Source: Octopus vulgaris (Eukaryota). From it: 64,000 bases of DNA. Shown piece after piece: positions 43,237 to 57,647 of this stretch. The position numbers and the translations under genes were made by a program. The notes under the pieces were generated by a model. That model was given only the letters and a program-made list of their open reading frames with translations, did not search any database and was not told the origin of the DNA. The number at the start of each line of letters is the position of its first letter. The first letter of the stretch is position 1. The stretch covers positions 72,292,001 to 72,356,000 of the forward strand of contig OX597828.1 of the NCBI GenBank assembly GCA_951406725.2, read 5' to 3'.

Positions 43237-44041
43237 GTATGTATGTATGTATGTATGTATGTATGTATGTGTAGGTATGTTGATGCAAATAGGAAAAATA
43301 GAACTCAAAATGTGAATATATTTTTGATACTGCTTAGCAGAAGTAACGGAGTGACTCAAGGTCCGAAAGTTTCGTGCGTCTGAAAAGTGCCAAACACACG
43401 AAACTCTCGAACCTTGAGTCACCCTGTTACTTCTGCTAAATATTAATAAAAATATATATGTACGTGTGTATATATACATATATATATATATACACAGATA
43501 CATACATATATACATACATGCATACATGCATACATACGTACGTATATAAATGTATATGTTGAGAAGAAGACACACACACACACACACTCACACACACACA
43601 GATATATACTGCTTAAACAGCAAGGTATTCAACTCTGGCAGACTCAGTACCAAATCAAAGAAAACGGCTCTCTTAGTAATCGAACCTCAGTGTGCAGTCT
43701 GTGCAATTATTAGCGTGACATCACCTTAAAGAACTACATACTATTATCGACCTTTTCCCACAACCATATGAGAGGTTGCGTCTAACTCTCAACATAAGTA
43801 ACACAAGGGTTTTAGGCTTTGCTCTCCACGCTGGAACCTGGTTTAGCCATTAGAGGTAGATAGAAAAATGATGGACAACGTAGAAGCCTCCCAGTATCCG
43901 AGTAGTGTCTCTCAAAGAATGGAATTATATATGAGAAGATCTAACGCAAATGGATACATAAGGCTGTTGATGTAGCTGGTCCAGTGAAGGGAGAACGCGC
44001 AGAGAGATATCAGTGTGTTCGATCAAGTTCATATTTCATAT

Positions 44042-44073
<32 letters not shown>

Positions 44074-44080
<7 letters not shown>

Positions 44081-44268
44081 ATATAGAATGAGTTTACAGG
44101 ACTAGAACTGTTTCATTCAAGAGAAATCTTCAGGAAGCTCCTGAAGATTTCTCTTGAATGAAACAGTTCTAGTCCTGTAGAAGCTCATTCTATATTATAA
44201 ATTAATTTTACTCTGCTATGTATTGAGTACCTTATTTACTGTGGTTAACCCCGAATCAACCCGGGACC

Positions 44269-44272
<4 letters not shown>
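44074..44272. mobile_element. Fold-back insert in (TA)n with hammerhead-like core on both strands
   Basis: Near-perfect palindrome 44074-44202 centred near 44137, containing CTGAAGA-tttctcttgaat-GAAAC-agttcta-GTC. About 70 nt of one-sided extension follows, then (TA)n. Confidence 0.6.
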
Positions 44273-44327
<55 letters not shown>

Positions 44328-44333
<6 letters not shown>

Positions 44334-44531
44334 TCCAAACATGAAAGCACAAAGAGAGAACACAGCAACGCGAGGACGTGGAACAAGTATAGTGTTATTG
44401 GACGCTCAGGAAAGGCAAGAAAGAAGGAGGATTTAACGTGTCGAGCGGAGCTCTTCGTCAGAAACATAGGAAAAGGAAAGATCCAAGGAAGGGAAGACGG
44501 AGGAAAAAATCGCCAACGATTCACACGTGGT

Positions 44532-44535
<4 letters not shown>
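44328..44535 (-). mobile_element. Short insert between (TA)n and (CA)n carrying a minimal hammerhead (44431-44465)
   Basis: Minus strand reads GTTT-CTGACGA-A-GAGC tcc GCTC-GACAC-GTT-AAAT, with a single GAAAC>GACAC change. Shares the tatt..acgctcag flank motif with the 18.7-kb insert. Confidence 0.65.
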
Positions 44536-44616
<81 letters not shown>

Positions 44617-44618
<2 letters not shown>

Positions 44619-44943
44619 AGACCCTCTTCGGTCATGATTGACCATGGGATTGCACCCAGAAAGTTACCCTCCGAGGCACAAATTGCCTCCGGGCAAGGTT
44701 GTTTATGGAAGACCAGTAGTCGCCCACGCATACCGGTCTCCCCTCTTCAGGCCACCAGTGTTATCCAAGGGAAAGGTAAAGGGGCTGATGCAGTTTGGCT
44801 GATACACTGATACATATCAGTGAACTGGAGCAACGTGAAATATAGTGTCTTGCTCAAGGACACAACACACAGCTCGGTCCGGGATTCGAACTCACAACCT
44901 CGCGATCGTAAGCTCGCCGCTCTAATCACTGAGTCATGCGCCT

Positions 44944-44945
<2 letters not shown>
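44617..44945 (-). mobile_element. SINE with family D head and a third type of tail
   Basis: Same head, with tail ..GGTAACTTTCTGGGTGCAATCCCATGGTCAATCATGACCGAAGAGGGTCTC. Confidence 0.7.
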
Positions 44946-45008
<63 letters not shown>

Positions 45009-45436
45009 GTATGTATGTATATATGTATATATATATGTATGCATGCGTGTGTGCGTGTGTGTGTGTGCATATGTGTATACATACACACGCATACACATAC
45101 ACAGCACACATATATGTATGTGTATCTGTATGCACGTATGCAGCAGTTTTAAAATTACATGTGTCACAAGTTGATAAGTACAATGCGCAAAGTTCTTGGT
45201 GCACTTATGCAACTTTACAACTGCTATACAAATGCATATATATATATATGTATGTATGTGTGTATGAGTGTGTATGTATGTATATATATATATATATATA
45301 TATGTACATACATATGCGTGTGTGTGTGTAAATATGCATGTATGTGCATGTGACAAGCTAAATGAAAACAGAGAATAGATCTTTGATGTATATTATGAAT
45401 TGAAAATGTAAATGTAAGCCAGCAAAAGTTGAATAC

Positions 45437-45467
<31 letters not shown>

Positions 45468-46775
45468 ACACACACAAACACACACACACACACACAGAAA
45501 TATAGTAGTTTCACATAAATACGTATACACACAAATATCGATATAAAACAGATGAAATATAAAATATCAAATCTAATAAAACCAAACTGGTTTAATCGAA
45601 GGAGAAAGCAGACGTCGATAGGCCCAGAATCACAAAACAAGAAAACGTTAATTTCTTTGAAAACCGCTTTTAATTTCAGTTCACTAATGGACCAAGGACA
45701 GCTGGCAGCCATTTGTATTCGGCCTTAGTCTACATAATGACAATATTTTAAAAGTAATTTATTGCATTTTATTCAATTAATATCGGGTTCAAATTTATTT
45801 CAGTCATGAGAAATGTCGATCCCGTCTTTTCATTGAGAGTTTAAGTAAATAAAACAGATTGTGTGCACAATATGGCGGCGGAGATCTGACGAGAGTTTAT
45901 CTAAGTGTGGATGTTGTTACACGGGATTAATTGACACGAATGAAAATTTATGGTCTTCTCAATCCTATCTGTATTATATTTTTTCGTTCAGGAAGCCGGG
46001 TAGCAGCAAATCCTTCCGTTTTTGTAAACGTATTGTTAGATAAAGTTCTTTTCTGTATATTTTTTTCTTGTTTTTTTTTTATAATGGAGTAAGAGTAAGA
46101 GTTAGGTGACATGTTCACACACACACATATATATACACATACTCACCCATGCACACACATGCACACACATACATACACATGCCCACACATGCACACACAT
46201 ACATACACATACATACACATGCACACAATATACACACATGTACACGCATGCACACACATATACACTTGCACACACATGCCAATATATGAGAATACATGCA
46301 CACGTATACACACATATACACACACATATACATGCACACACATATACACACATACATACACATGCACACACAAATGCATATACATACACACACATGCACG
46401 TACATAAGCATGCACACACGTGTACACACATATACACACGTGTACACACATACACACATACACATATGCACACGCATACACACATATGCACACACATATA
46501 CACACATACACACACATACATACACAAATGTGCACACATGGTCACACATATACACACATACACACGCATGCACACACGTGTACACATACATACACACATA
46601 TACATACATACACACGCATACGTACGCATGAATCATATCCAAAAATTGTATATATTGTATGCGTTTATAAATGTATATGCGTGGCTGCGGGGTAAGAAAC
46701 TTCATTCCGACTTCAGCCTCAATGCGTGGCACCCTGTGGGTGGATTGGGTAGACGACGGAAACTGAAGGAAGCGC

Positions 46776-46808
<33 letters not shown>

Positions 46809-46825
46809 ATACATACATACATACA

Positions 46826-46859
<34 letters not shown>

Positions 46860-46968
46860 CATACATACATATATATATATACATGCATATACATATACAT
46901 ATACATATACATACATACATAACATACATACATACATACATACATACATACATACATACATACATACA

Positions 46969-47004
<36 letters not shown>

Positions 47005-47062
47005 TATATATATGGTATTTATGTAAATATGTATGTATATATATGTATGTAAGGATATCTAC

Positions 47063-47126
<64 letters not shown>

Positions 47127-47219
47127 GTCAGTCTGTCTGTCTGTCTGTCTGTCTGTCGGTCTGTCTAATCTTAAAACTTCCTGTCGGCTTTCGGCTTTGT
47201 AAATTGAAATAAATATATA

Positions 47220-47274
<55 letters not shown>

Positions 47275-47383
47275 GCACACACACGCACAAATACTCACAC
47301 ACATGTCTATATATGTATGCATGTATGTATGCATGTATGTATGTATGTATGTATGTATGCATGTATGTATGTTTGTATGTATG

Positions 47384-47417
<34 letters not shown>

Positions 47418-49145
47418 CATGTATATATATATATGTATGTATGTATATATGTATGTATGTATGTATTATGTGCGCGTGTGTATGTGTGTGTGTTCACGTG
47501 ACATTTCGCTGAGAAAACTGACGGGCACTAAATACCAGTGACAACACATCAATTTTTGGAACTTATTCAATATTCTTGGAATTTACCTAAAATTCTTGGC
47601 AAGAATCCTCCAAGATCTTTCTTAAAGTGGCTAAACTGTCAGACACACAAACGACAAGGGTGAGGCACCACATTTGCGCGAGAAGCCGGTCCATTCTCAG
47701 CAGGTTGTTTTGTTCGGTGTGTATTTAGACAAGGTATTTAGTTTTAGTTTTAGGTGGATGTGCGTGGCTCTGTGGTTAGGATGTTGCGCTGGTGATCGTG
47801 GGTTCGATTTCTAAACGCTGCTCCAGTTCCCTCAGCTATAAATGCGTGACTCTGTGACGGATTAGCCTTCAGATTGGTGGTGGGGATGTTGACCAGTTCG
47901 GCCGGACATCATTTGAAAGCTAAGACGATACAAAGGACATTGTGACCAACGTCCAACAGTCTTGTCTATCACGTGATTTAGTTTTATACGTTATTGTTAA
48001 CCACATTAGCAGACATGATGGAAGCGTTTTAGTTTGTAAATATGTAGATATGAGTTTGATTTCATATCTTGAGATGTTTTACCATAGCCTTGGGTGGATC
48101 AAAGCCTACAGTTGACAGAAATTGTGTGGGAAACCCTTCGGGTTAGATCCTTCCTGATTCTAGGTTGTCCGACGTAATCAGTTCCTCTGTTAACACCACC
48201 ATCACCACCACCACCACCACCACCACCACCACCACCACCACCTGACCCCTGGGAACAATTAGCGGAGTCTAACTTTGTTGTAATTGTTCAGAGCAGATGT
48301 TCAGTCCGGGGATAACTTCATTCTGTCCATCAAACAAGTATCGGATACCTGGGAAAGAACCATGAGTGCGTCCTTCACTCTCTGAATGGGGTCACATCAC
48401 ACGAGATAATTGTTTCTAATTAAGGTCCAAGACTGGCAGTTTTAAGGGGAGAAGGTGTCAGTCATTTTTCGACTTCAGTACTTGACTGGATCTTTATTTT
48501 AGCGATCCTAGATGAATTAAAGTCAAATTTGACTTTGGTGGGATTTGACCTAAGAACATGAAGATCCGGAACAAATACAACAAGATATTTTTTCACGAAT
48601 GTCCTAATGATTCTGCTAATCCTAATTAAAAAAATGATAAAAAACAAAACAAATCATACGAGGTTATTTATGAGATAGTTAGTTATATCATCTTACGTAC
48701 ATTTCATTAACTTTAAGGTGATCATAAGTTACATAATGTAAATTACATAACCAAGCTAAGACAATGTCAAATCATCAGATACGTATAACGTCTATTCATA
48801 ACATTATTAGATTGGAAATATAGTAGAATTCACAAATATGATATAATCAAGAATAATTAGTGGAATATAATTGATAAAGTAATTAAAATAAAAATTTAGA
48901 TAAATCCTAATTAATGCTATAGCTTAATCGTTAGTCTTAATCACATCAAATTTCTATTAATCACATCAATCTCGGAACTCCACTCTTCCAAACTGCGAGA
49001 GCAGCTAGAAGGTATGGGTGGATATGTAAGGAAGGAGAAAGGAGAGAGCCCTTTTCTTCCAGACATTCATTACAGCAAGTTAATTTTAAATGGAAATAGA
49101 AGTGACAGATGGAGATATATAAATACACTTCCACTCAACTGTTAC

Positions 49146-49273
49146 CACTGTCATTGACAGTGTCATTGACACTACACTGTCATTGACACTACACTGTCAT
49201 TGACACTACACTGTCATTGACACTACACTGTCATTGACACTACACTGTCATTGACACTACACTGTCATTGACA
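49146..49273. repeat. 17-bp tandem repeat CACTGTCATTGACACTA
   Basis: TGTCATTGACA occurs at 49149, 49161, 49178, 49195, 49212, 49229, 49246 and 49263. Confidence 0.95.
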
Positions 49274-49334
49274 GAACTAAGCGACTCTCCCGTATACCTA
49301 TACATATATAAATACATACATACAAAAAAGAGAG

Positions 49335-49600
49335 GAGTTTGCAAATCCAGTACCCAAAATACCTTTTCAACTTCATACCTATCATTATTGGGGCGACGAG
49401 ATACATAGCAACCCACTTGGAGCAAAGTATGGCTGAACTTGGGTTCTTTGGGAGAGAACGCAGATCCTTAATTCATACACTACAAATAATTATGATATAT
49501 GGGCCTATGAAAATCTGCAAGGCCTTAAGATTGAAAGGATGATGAGCAGAACAAGAGGATTTCTTTCCCAACCTTGGTAACAAGTAAGTGATCGGTCAAA
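49335..49600 (+). mobile_element. 3' end of an RLE-type LINE
   Basis: LQIQYPKYLFNFIPIIIGAT...ELGF..LIHTLQ...KICK, typical of the C-terminus of the RLE ORF. Confidence 0.65.
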
Positions 49601-49676
49601 ATTTACTGTAAGTTAAAGAGAAAGAGGACATACATATATACATACATCTATATGTATAAATATATGCATAGATACA

Positions 49677-49733
<57 letters not shown>

Positions 49734-49952
49734 ACATACACATATTTAAAAATTAATACATATACACACACATACACATACGCACAGCCGCAAACAGACT
49801 CTCTCACAAATACTTATTTGTATGCACTTACGCACGTGCACACATATATGATTACATATGCATACATACATGTATGCATGCATACATACATACATAGAGA
49901 GATATAAACATGGATGCATACATACATACACCCATACATACATATCTATCTT

Positions 49953-50017
<65 letters not shown>

Positions 50018-50034
50018 ATATCTATCTATCTATA

Positions 50035-50213
50035 CTGGAGTAAGCACATAAATGCAAAATAAGATGGAAAAAATAGTACTCGAATACCAGAGGTAGAGTA
50101 ATATGCTTTATTCAAAAGCAGCAGAAATATCACAAAATCTGTTACTCAGAGTTTCGGGAACGCGAAACTCTGAGTAACAGTTTTTGCGATATTTCTGTTG
50201 CTTTTTGATAAAG
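50035..50213. mobile_element. Fold-back insert with the 3' half of a hammerhead (CGAAAC-tctga-GTA)
   Basis: Inverted arms 50106-50156 / 50163-50213 and a one-sided extension of about 70 nt. Flanked by (TCTA)n and (TACA)n. Confidence 0.55.
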
Positions 50214-50229
50214 TACATACATACATACA

Positions 50230-50260
<31 letters not shown>

Positions 50261-50921
50261 CTATCTATCTATCTATCTATACATACATATATATATATAT
50301 ATGTATATACATATACATATATCCCATTCACACACATACGTACGTACACTCAGATATACGCACCTACATTTACATAAACGTAAATATACAAGATATTCGA
50401 GTGTTAATCCCGCAGTGGCTAAATCCACCTAAGCCACCTAGGCAGTTCATAGGGAAATACGTTTCATAAGACTTAGTGTGCAATATAAAGTAAATATGTA
50501 CAATGCTAATCCACAGAACAGGTGTGGTATTAATTCCTAGCAAAACGCGAATTAAAGGTGAGCAAATAGTTTTGCTTTTTTCTTCTACCGTTCACCTTTT
50601 CAAAAACATATATTTTACCTGAGCACATCTCATTATTTTCGCTTCAAGCTCGAAACAAAACATAAATCTCTTGTTTTACAAGGATTAAACACGTGTTTCT
50701 TTATCGTTTCTTAATTGATCTGTGTATCGAACTGCTTAAAAACCTATTACTAACTTTATTTGTTTTGCTTTAAGGACAGCTCTGTGTGTGTGTGTGTGTG
50801 CGAATGTGTGTGTACGTGCGTGCGTTGTCTACTGCATAGCTTCCTTCCTAGATAGCAAATGCAGATCTAGGTAACGTGATATATTTCTTTCTTTATGTAT
50901 ATATATATACATATATATATG

Positions 50922-50986
<65 letters not shown>

Positions 50987-51475
50987 ATCTTAAAACAAAG
51001 GCAAATAAGAAAAACAACAAAAGTACAAGGCAAGTTCACAGTTAATAGTATTGGTCTGATGCTCAAAGAAAGAATAAACGCTGTAAACTAAAAGTCATGA
51101 CGTTTCGGAAATAGTCCCTCGTCGGAGGGCAGTAGAGCCAAAGGCAGTAGAAACTGGGAAGATAAGGAAGAGTCGAAAGGAGATAAAGCAACGCGTGTGG
51201 GTTAGGTTATATCTGTAATAAAAAGCGTAACCGTCACTTTCAACCGAGTACGAACTTTTAGCTTGTACCAGGCTTTCGCTAATTTTTAAAGTTATTATGG
51301 AGTCGCGTACAGACAGACACTCTCTCTGCTCTGACACCCTCGATCCAGCAACCAAATGGAAGGAGAGAGAATTGAACACGCATTGTGAGTTGCGCAGACT
51401 GGGGCAACGTGAGATGAGATGCCCTTCTTCAAGATACAACTGGAGTCAAATGCCTTCGTTACAAAGCTACTCGCC

Positions 51476-51553
<78 letters not shown>

Positions 51554-52346
51554 CACACACACATGTGCACTTAGGTAGGATATTCTTTTAATCTCTGCTC
51601 AATGAATAGCTTCGTTCAATGACCTTTCCTTAAAGAATTATCGATGGTCAAAGTTCTCGGGAGCAAATTTGATTTCAGGGTCTTTCGGTTCTTTAACTGA
51701 GCAGAGTGGCGGGGGGGGGAGCCTCTACCTGGTCAGTCAGCTTGCTAGAAATAGCAACCCCAAACTCCCTGAATCCACACAATAACTATCTTAGATAGAG
51801 AAAGAACAGACGTTTATGTTAATTCAAGATACCCCCACAAAATATAGATGGGACACCCATAGCTGGAAAGACCTTTGATTATCGATCTGTTTGATCAGGA
51901 TTGATCTTAACACTAAACAACAACAACAACAACAACAAAATCAACAACAACAACAACGACGACGGCGTTATTTACTCATCGATATTTACGTTAGTAATTG
52001 TCTTCAATTTTGGCTCCGGTGCACCAGGTTCGGGGGGGAGGGGGGAGGGGAATAGTCGATATCATCGATCTGAGTAATTGACTGGTACGAAAGGCAAGCT
52101 TGATTTCGCGGGATTTGAACTCAGGAACACAGGGAGTTGGAATGAGTAGAGCAAAGTAATTTTGTCGGCGCTCCAACGATTCTATCAACCTTTACCGTTC
52201 TTATATATATATTTCTTACCGTTTATCTTTTACTTGCTTCAGTCATTGGACTGCGGCCATGCTGGGGTATCGCTTTCAAAGGTTTTAGTCGAACAAACTC
52301 GCTTTATTAGAATACTTCTGAAGAAGATCAGTCACTCATTTAATTG

Positions 52347-52414
<68 letters not shown>

Positions 52415-52415
52415 G

Positions 52416-52477
<62 letters not shown>

Positions 52478-53145
52478 CATCCATCCATCCATCTCTTTTT
52501 CTTTTTCTTTTTTCTTTTTTATTTTCTTTCTTTTTTTTTGTTCTTTTCTTCCCTTTTACGATCCCTTTGATCGAAAACCTACCCTTTTTTTTTCTTTTGT
52601 TTTTTGTTTTTTTCATCCCCTAAAAGAAAAGCTCTACCTTGTAACTTGTCCCATCTGTGTGCAGCCCTGTGTGGCCAATAAAGAAACTTATCTATCTGTC
52701 TGTCTGTCTGTCTGTCTTTCTATCTATCTATCTATCTGTCTGGCTCCCTCATTAGCTAACTTCAAATTTAAACAGTTAGCTATTTATTCGTTTATCTGTA
52801 TCTCTCTTTATCTACCTTTCTGCCAATCTATCTCTATCTCCATCTAACCGTTTGTGTTGTTGTCAGTCAGCCTGTCCGTTTGACTGTTTGTCTGTGTGTC
52901 CTATCGTGAAATCTCATCAATATTTGTATTCAGCTGGCAAGTAATCTCGCAAAATAATTAAACAGACATCTTGACGGCGACTTAGTTTTGTTTAGGCGGA
53001 AACAATATTTTGGCGATTAAATTAAGAACCGCGCGTACTGTACTGTGGTGATTGTGCCTGAGATAGTGTAGATATATATCTGTGTTTGTGTGTGTGTGTG
53101 TGTGTGCGTATATATATATATATATATACATGCATATATACATAG

Positions 53146-53195
<50 letters not shown>

Positions 53196-53196
53196 G

Positions 53197-53251
<55 letters not shown>

Positions 53252-53260
53252 ATCTATCTA

Positions 53261-53329
<69 letters not shown>

Positions 53330-54271
53330 ATGTATATAACTATGCGTGTCTGCAGCGCTCACTGCGTAAGGGAAGGAAATCGATAGCTCTCAGACCCTAT
53401 TAACCAAATAAATAAAAAAAAATCGATCCAGCTTGAAAGTAAATTACCTTACACTAATCACGTTATTGATCTCTGTCAGCCTACCTACCCGGAACAAATA
53501 TACGAAATAAAAGAATACAAAAATAAAAATAAAATAACGTAAAATTAAAATAAATGAAACAGTTTTGGAGATTCCAACTGTCGATCAGAAGACAAGAGCG
53601 CCAAAAGCCGTGGAACTTACATAATTCCACGTTTTTGGTCTCTGTCCATCTTGGGTCTATTTTAGCAACAAGTTGTCATGTTATACAGGTAGTTTTGTTC
53701 AGGTGACTTACATACGTTGTTCTTGCTTCTTATAGTAAACGTACATGGATCTCCGTCGGTGCTGTCGATGACCATTGCAGTTGTTCCAGCCACCGAACAG
53801 ACTGTCTATTGAATTAAGTGGCTGAGTAAAGACGAGTGTGTGTGTGCTGGCCTTGTGCTAAAATTTGAAACCAATATAATCCATAATCCCCAAACAGAAT
53901 CAACGTAACGCAATATATAACAAGGCAGAAGCGGCGAACTGACAGACTCGTTAGCATGCCGGGTAAAATGCTTAGCGACATTTCGTCCGGCATTACATTT
54001 TTGAGTTCAAATTTCGCCGAGATCAACATTGCCTTTCAATCTTTCGGGGTCGATAGCAGAAGTACCAGCTGTGCAATGGGGTTGATGGAAATTTTCTGGA
54101 TGCATATTCACAGTTTCAAGAAATCTATAGATGACTTGAATGTTTATAGTAAACAGAATCCAAGAAAATTGGGGAAGGTCACCAAGGACGAAAAGTTTTG
54201 AGAATGGATAGGTTTGGATATGTTTGTAAGCCATTACCAACAGCTTGATCAACTTCTTCATCTTTCTCTAC

Positions 54272-54305
54272 TCTCTGATGAATGACAATAATCCAAAACG
54301 TTAGA
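54272..54305 (+). ncRNA. Degenerate minimal hammerhead
   Basis: TCT-CTGATGA-A-tgacaataatcc-AAAAC-GTT-AGA. Stem I is TCT/AGA, and CGAAAC>CAAAAC is consistent with CpG decay. Confidence 0.5.
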
Positions 54306-55418
54306 TTTTTTTCTCATTGCTGTTATGAACTTTACCAGTATTTTACGAATTCCTCTTTAGATATTTCGGAGGTGTACTTTCCTGGCACTGAGATCGTCTG
54401 TTGAAACTAAAACGATTATATTGCGGAAGACACATTGCCAGACATTCAAAAACATGCAAAAGCGGTCAACTTCACTTAAATATTTATTATTTGTTACATG
54501 GTGTCAACATTTTCGACGCTCGAACTGCGACCTGGTCACTGACATCATTACACTTTTGCATAATCTTACCAGTTAACAATCTCTGGGTGTTTTTGAATAG
54601 CCAACATGAGTTTTCCACTCTGTAATCGTTTTTAGATATTTTATTAACGACCGGGACTCATTCACCATTCTTTCCCTATTCCGGACTTTACTCTTTTAAG
54701 GCTAGAATTGGAGATTTACGATAATTAAACTATAATGTAACGTCACTATCTTGATGAGTAAATTTTGATTTTCCTTTAGAAACGGCAGAAAAATAATAGA
54801 CGTTGTTTATTTCCCGTTGACACCCAAAGAAACTTGCTTCACCTACGAATATAATTTAATCTTTAACGTTCAAGCGATCTCGATAAGCAATCTTTGATTG
54901 ATAAAACATTCTGTACAGACAGCACATAACTTAAATGACTTTCTGGATGTCAGAGTTTATAGACACGAGCATGAGTTACAGCTTTTCCCAAGCAGGTAAC
55001 TAGAACCTGTTAAAATATTTTCTGGCGTTCCAATTACCTGAGATTAAGTTTCATTTCATGTTACCTCGTCCTACTTAATTATTTTATCACATTTCATTTT
55101 CGGTATCTGATTGTTTATCAGTTTCCAATATCTGTGCCTTGATGACATTTAAGAATTTATGTGTCCAATTAGCAGTTTTATTAAAATCAAGGTATGACGA
55201 AGGGAATTGATAATGATAAATACACCGAATATCACCAGAGTGTACGTAAGTCGGGAGTGACTTCGTTAATTATATCTCGATCATGATTAATAAGTCTGAC
55301 TTAATGATTCTGAAGATAACCGAATTATTTATCCAACGAACTTTTGTCATATGCAAATACGTATAGACAAATACATACACACATATGTATGTATACAAAA
55401 GTACATATACATATACAT

Positions 55419-55469
<51 letters not shown>

Positions 55470-55680
55470 GGAATATATATGTATGATATACACACACGTG
55501 TGTGTGTGTGTGTAAATGCATGTACAGGCAATGCCCCAGCATGGTCGCAATCAAATGCCTTGAAACAAGTAAAATATTTCCACTTTAGTCAAAGTATTGA
55601 GTGCTATACTAGATATATTAAATATACTAACTGACCCCATGCCGTCAATAATGACGGCTAATTGTAGCATTTTATATGTA

Positions 55681-55758
55681 AATAAGGTACATAATAATAA
55701 AGTACATAATAATAAAGTACATAATAATAAAGTAAATAATAATAAGGTACATAATAAT
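55681..55758. repeat. 15-bp tandem repeat AATAA(A/G)GTACATAAT, about 5 copies
   Basis: Directly visible; translates as NKVHN repeats in the ORF track. Confidence 0.85.
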
Positions 55759-55788
55759 CACACACACAATCATTCACATACTTTCCTT

Positions 55789-55844
<56 letters not shown>

Positions 55845-56575
55845 TCACATTGAGTTGAAAAGCTGTTTGATTTTTTTTCCAGCGTTGAATATTCACCCTC
55901 CCACTACCACATTACCATCACCCCTTCTGTCCTTAATCATCTATCACCCCTTCCTTCCTCATTCATATGTTGTGACGGAGAAAGACACAAGCGTATCATT
56001 ACAATGAAAGATACATTTTAATATATCTCATAACTCTTACATTACGATTAACACTGCTGTATGCGTGTGTGCCTACATGAACAAATTCGGTGGAGTGGTC
56101 ACGTTCGAAATATACGCTATGCATAATGAATGCATTTGTATGTGTCAATAGTTATATGTATGCGTATGTACGCGTTTATGGATTTGCATATTTTTGCATG
56201 AATATGTTAATGAGATTCTTTTCCCGAGTGTGTATGTAATTGTATGTGTTTGAGTGTTGGTCAATGTGGTCGAGAGCTGGACAAGACGATTCCTGTGTGC
56301 GTTTGTGTTGCTTGGTATGTACGTGAGTATGAATACATAGGCACGCGAGTTATTTCACACACGCACACACGCACACACGTACATATATATTATATATGTA
56401 TGCATATACACATATGTGTATGAATGTATGTATATCTATATATTATATGCACATATGTATATATGTGCATATATGTGCATATATGTATGTATGAGTTGTA
56501 TGTATTTGTATATATATATATATCTTTTAAATGTATTTACGTACGTATGTCTTTCTCTCTCTAAATATATATATA

Positions 56576-56682
<107 letters not shown>

Positions 56683-57296
56683 ATGTACGCATGCACACAC
56701 ACATATATATGGATATGGATGTGGGAATAAATTAAGATGGATGTACTTGTGTGCATGTGGATATCTGCATATGCATGTGTGTGTATGCATGTGTACGTCT
56801 ATATATTTGTTTCTTTTATAAATAACAAATAAATCTAATATAACAAAAAAACAAATAAAAACTAAAAGTAAATAAAAAAAAACAAAAAAGAGAAGGAAAA
56901 AAACATGTCTGTTGTTATTCAGTTGCAGCGTTTCTGGTGAAGCGTCTCACAGATTGTTTAATGTTTCCGGAGAACTGACAACGGAGCATGAATTAATGGT
57001 CAAACTTCGAACAAAAAATCGTCCAGTCGACGGCAGATGAAAATAACAACTAAGGAACTAAGAAAACACTCATAAAACAGCAGCTTCCGAAAACTAGTTT
57101 CCTTCTGCAGATTTATGGCGATTTTTTTTGACAAAAGTAACAGATTCTTCGGAAAAAAAGAAGAAAGTTTTGTTTCAAGTGGAGTTTAGAATAGATTAAT
57201 AATTTCGACTCATTATTTATAGATTGAAAAAAGTTCAATAATTATATTGTTGGCTTTTTGTTCCGTCAGCTTTAATCAATTTCCATGTTCCCCAAG

Positions 57297-57590
57297 AATC
57301 GTTGGAACACCGGACAAACTGCTTACCGACATTTTGTCTGTCATTACGTTCTGAGTTCGAATTCCGCCGAGGTCCACTTTGCCTTTCATCCTTTCGGAGT
57401 CGATAAAATTAAATATCAGTTGAGCACTGGGGTCGATGTAATCGACTTACCCTCTACCCTCAAATTGCTGGCCTTGTGCCTAAATTTGAAACCAATATTT
57501 GGATTAAGGCGGCGAGCTGGCAGAATCGTTAGAACACCGGACAAAATGCTGCTGCTAAGCATTTTGTCCGTGCTTACGTTCTGAATTCAA
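57297..57590 (+). mobile_element. SINE family A copy plus a second head
   Basis: Matches the family A consensus. Confidence 0.75.
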
Positions 57591-57647
57591 CAACAACAGC
57601 GGCGACGACTACAGCAGCAGCAACAACAACAACAGCTAATAATCTAA

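Noticed and set aside
49146-49273. CRISPR-like regular repeat
   Set aside because: There are no unique spacers or cas genes, and the context is eukaryotic.
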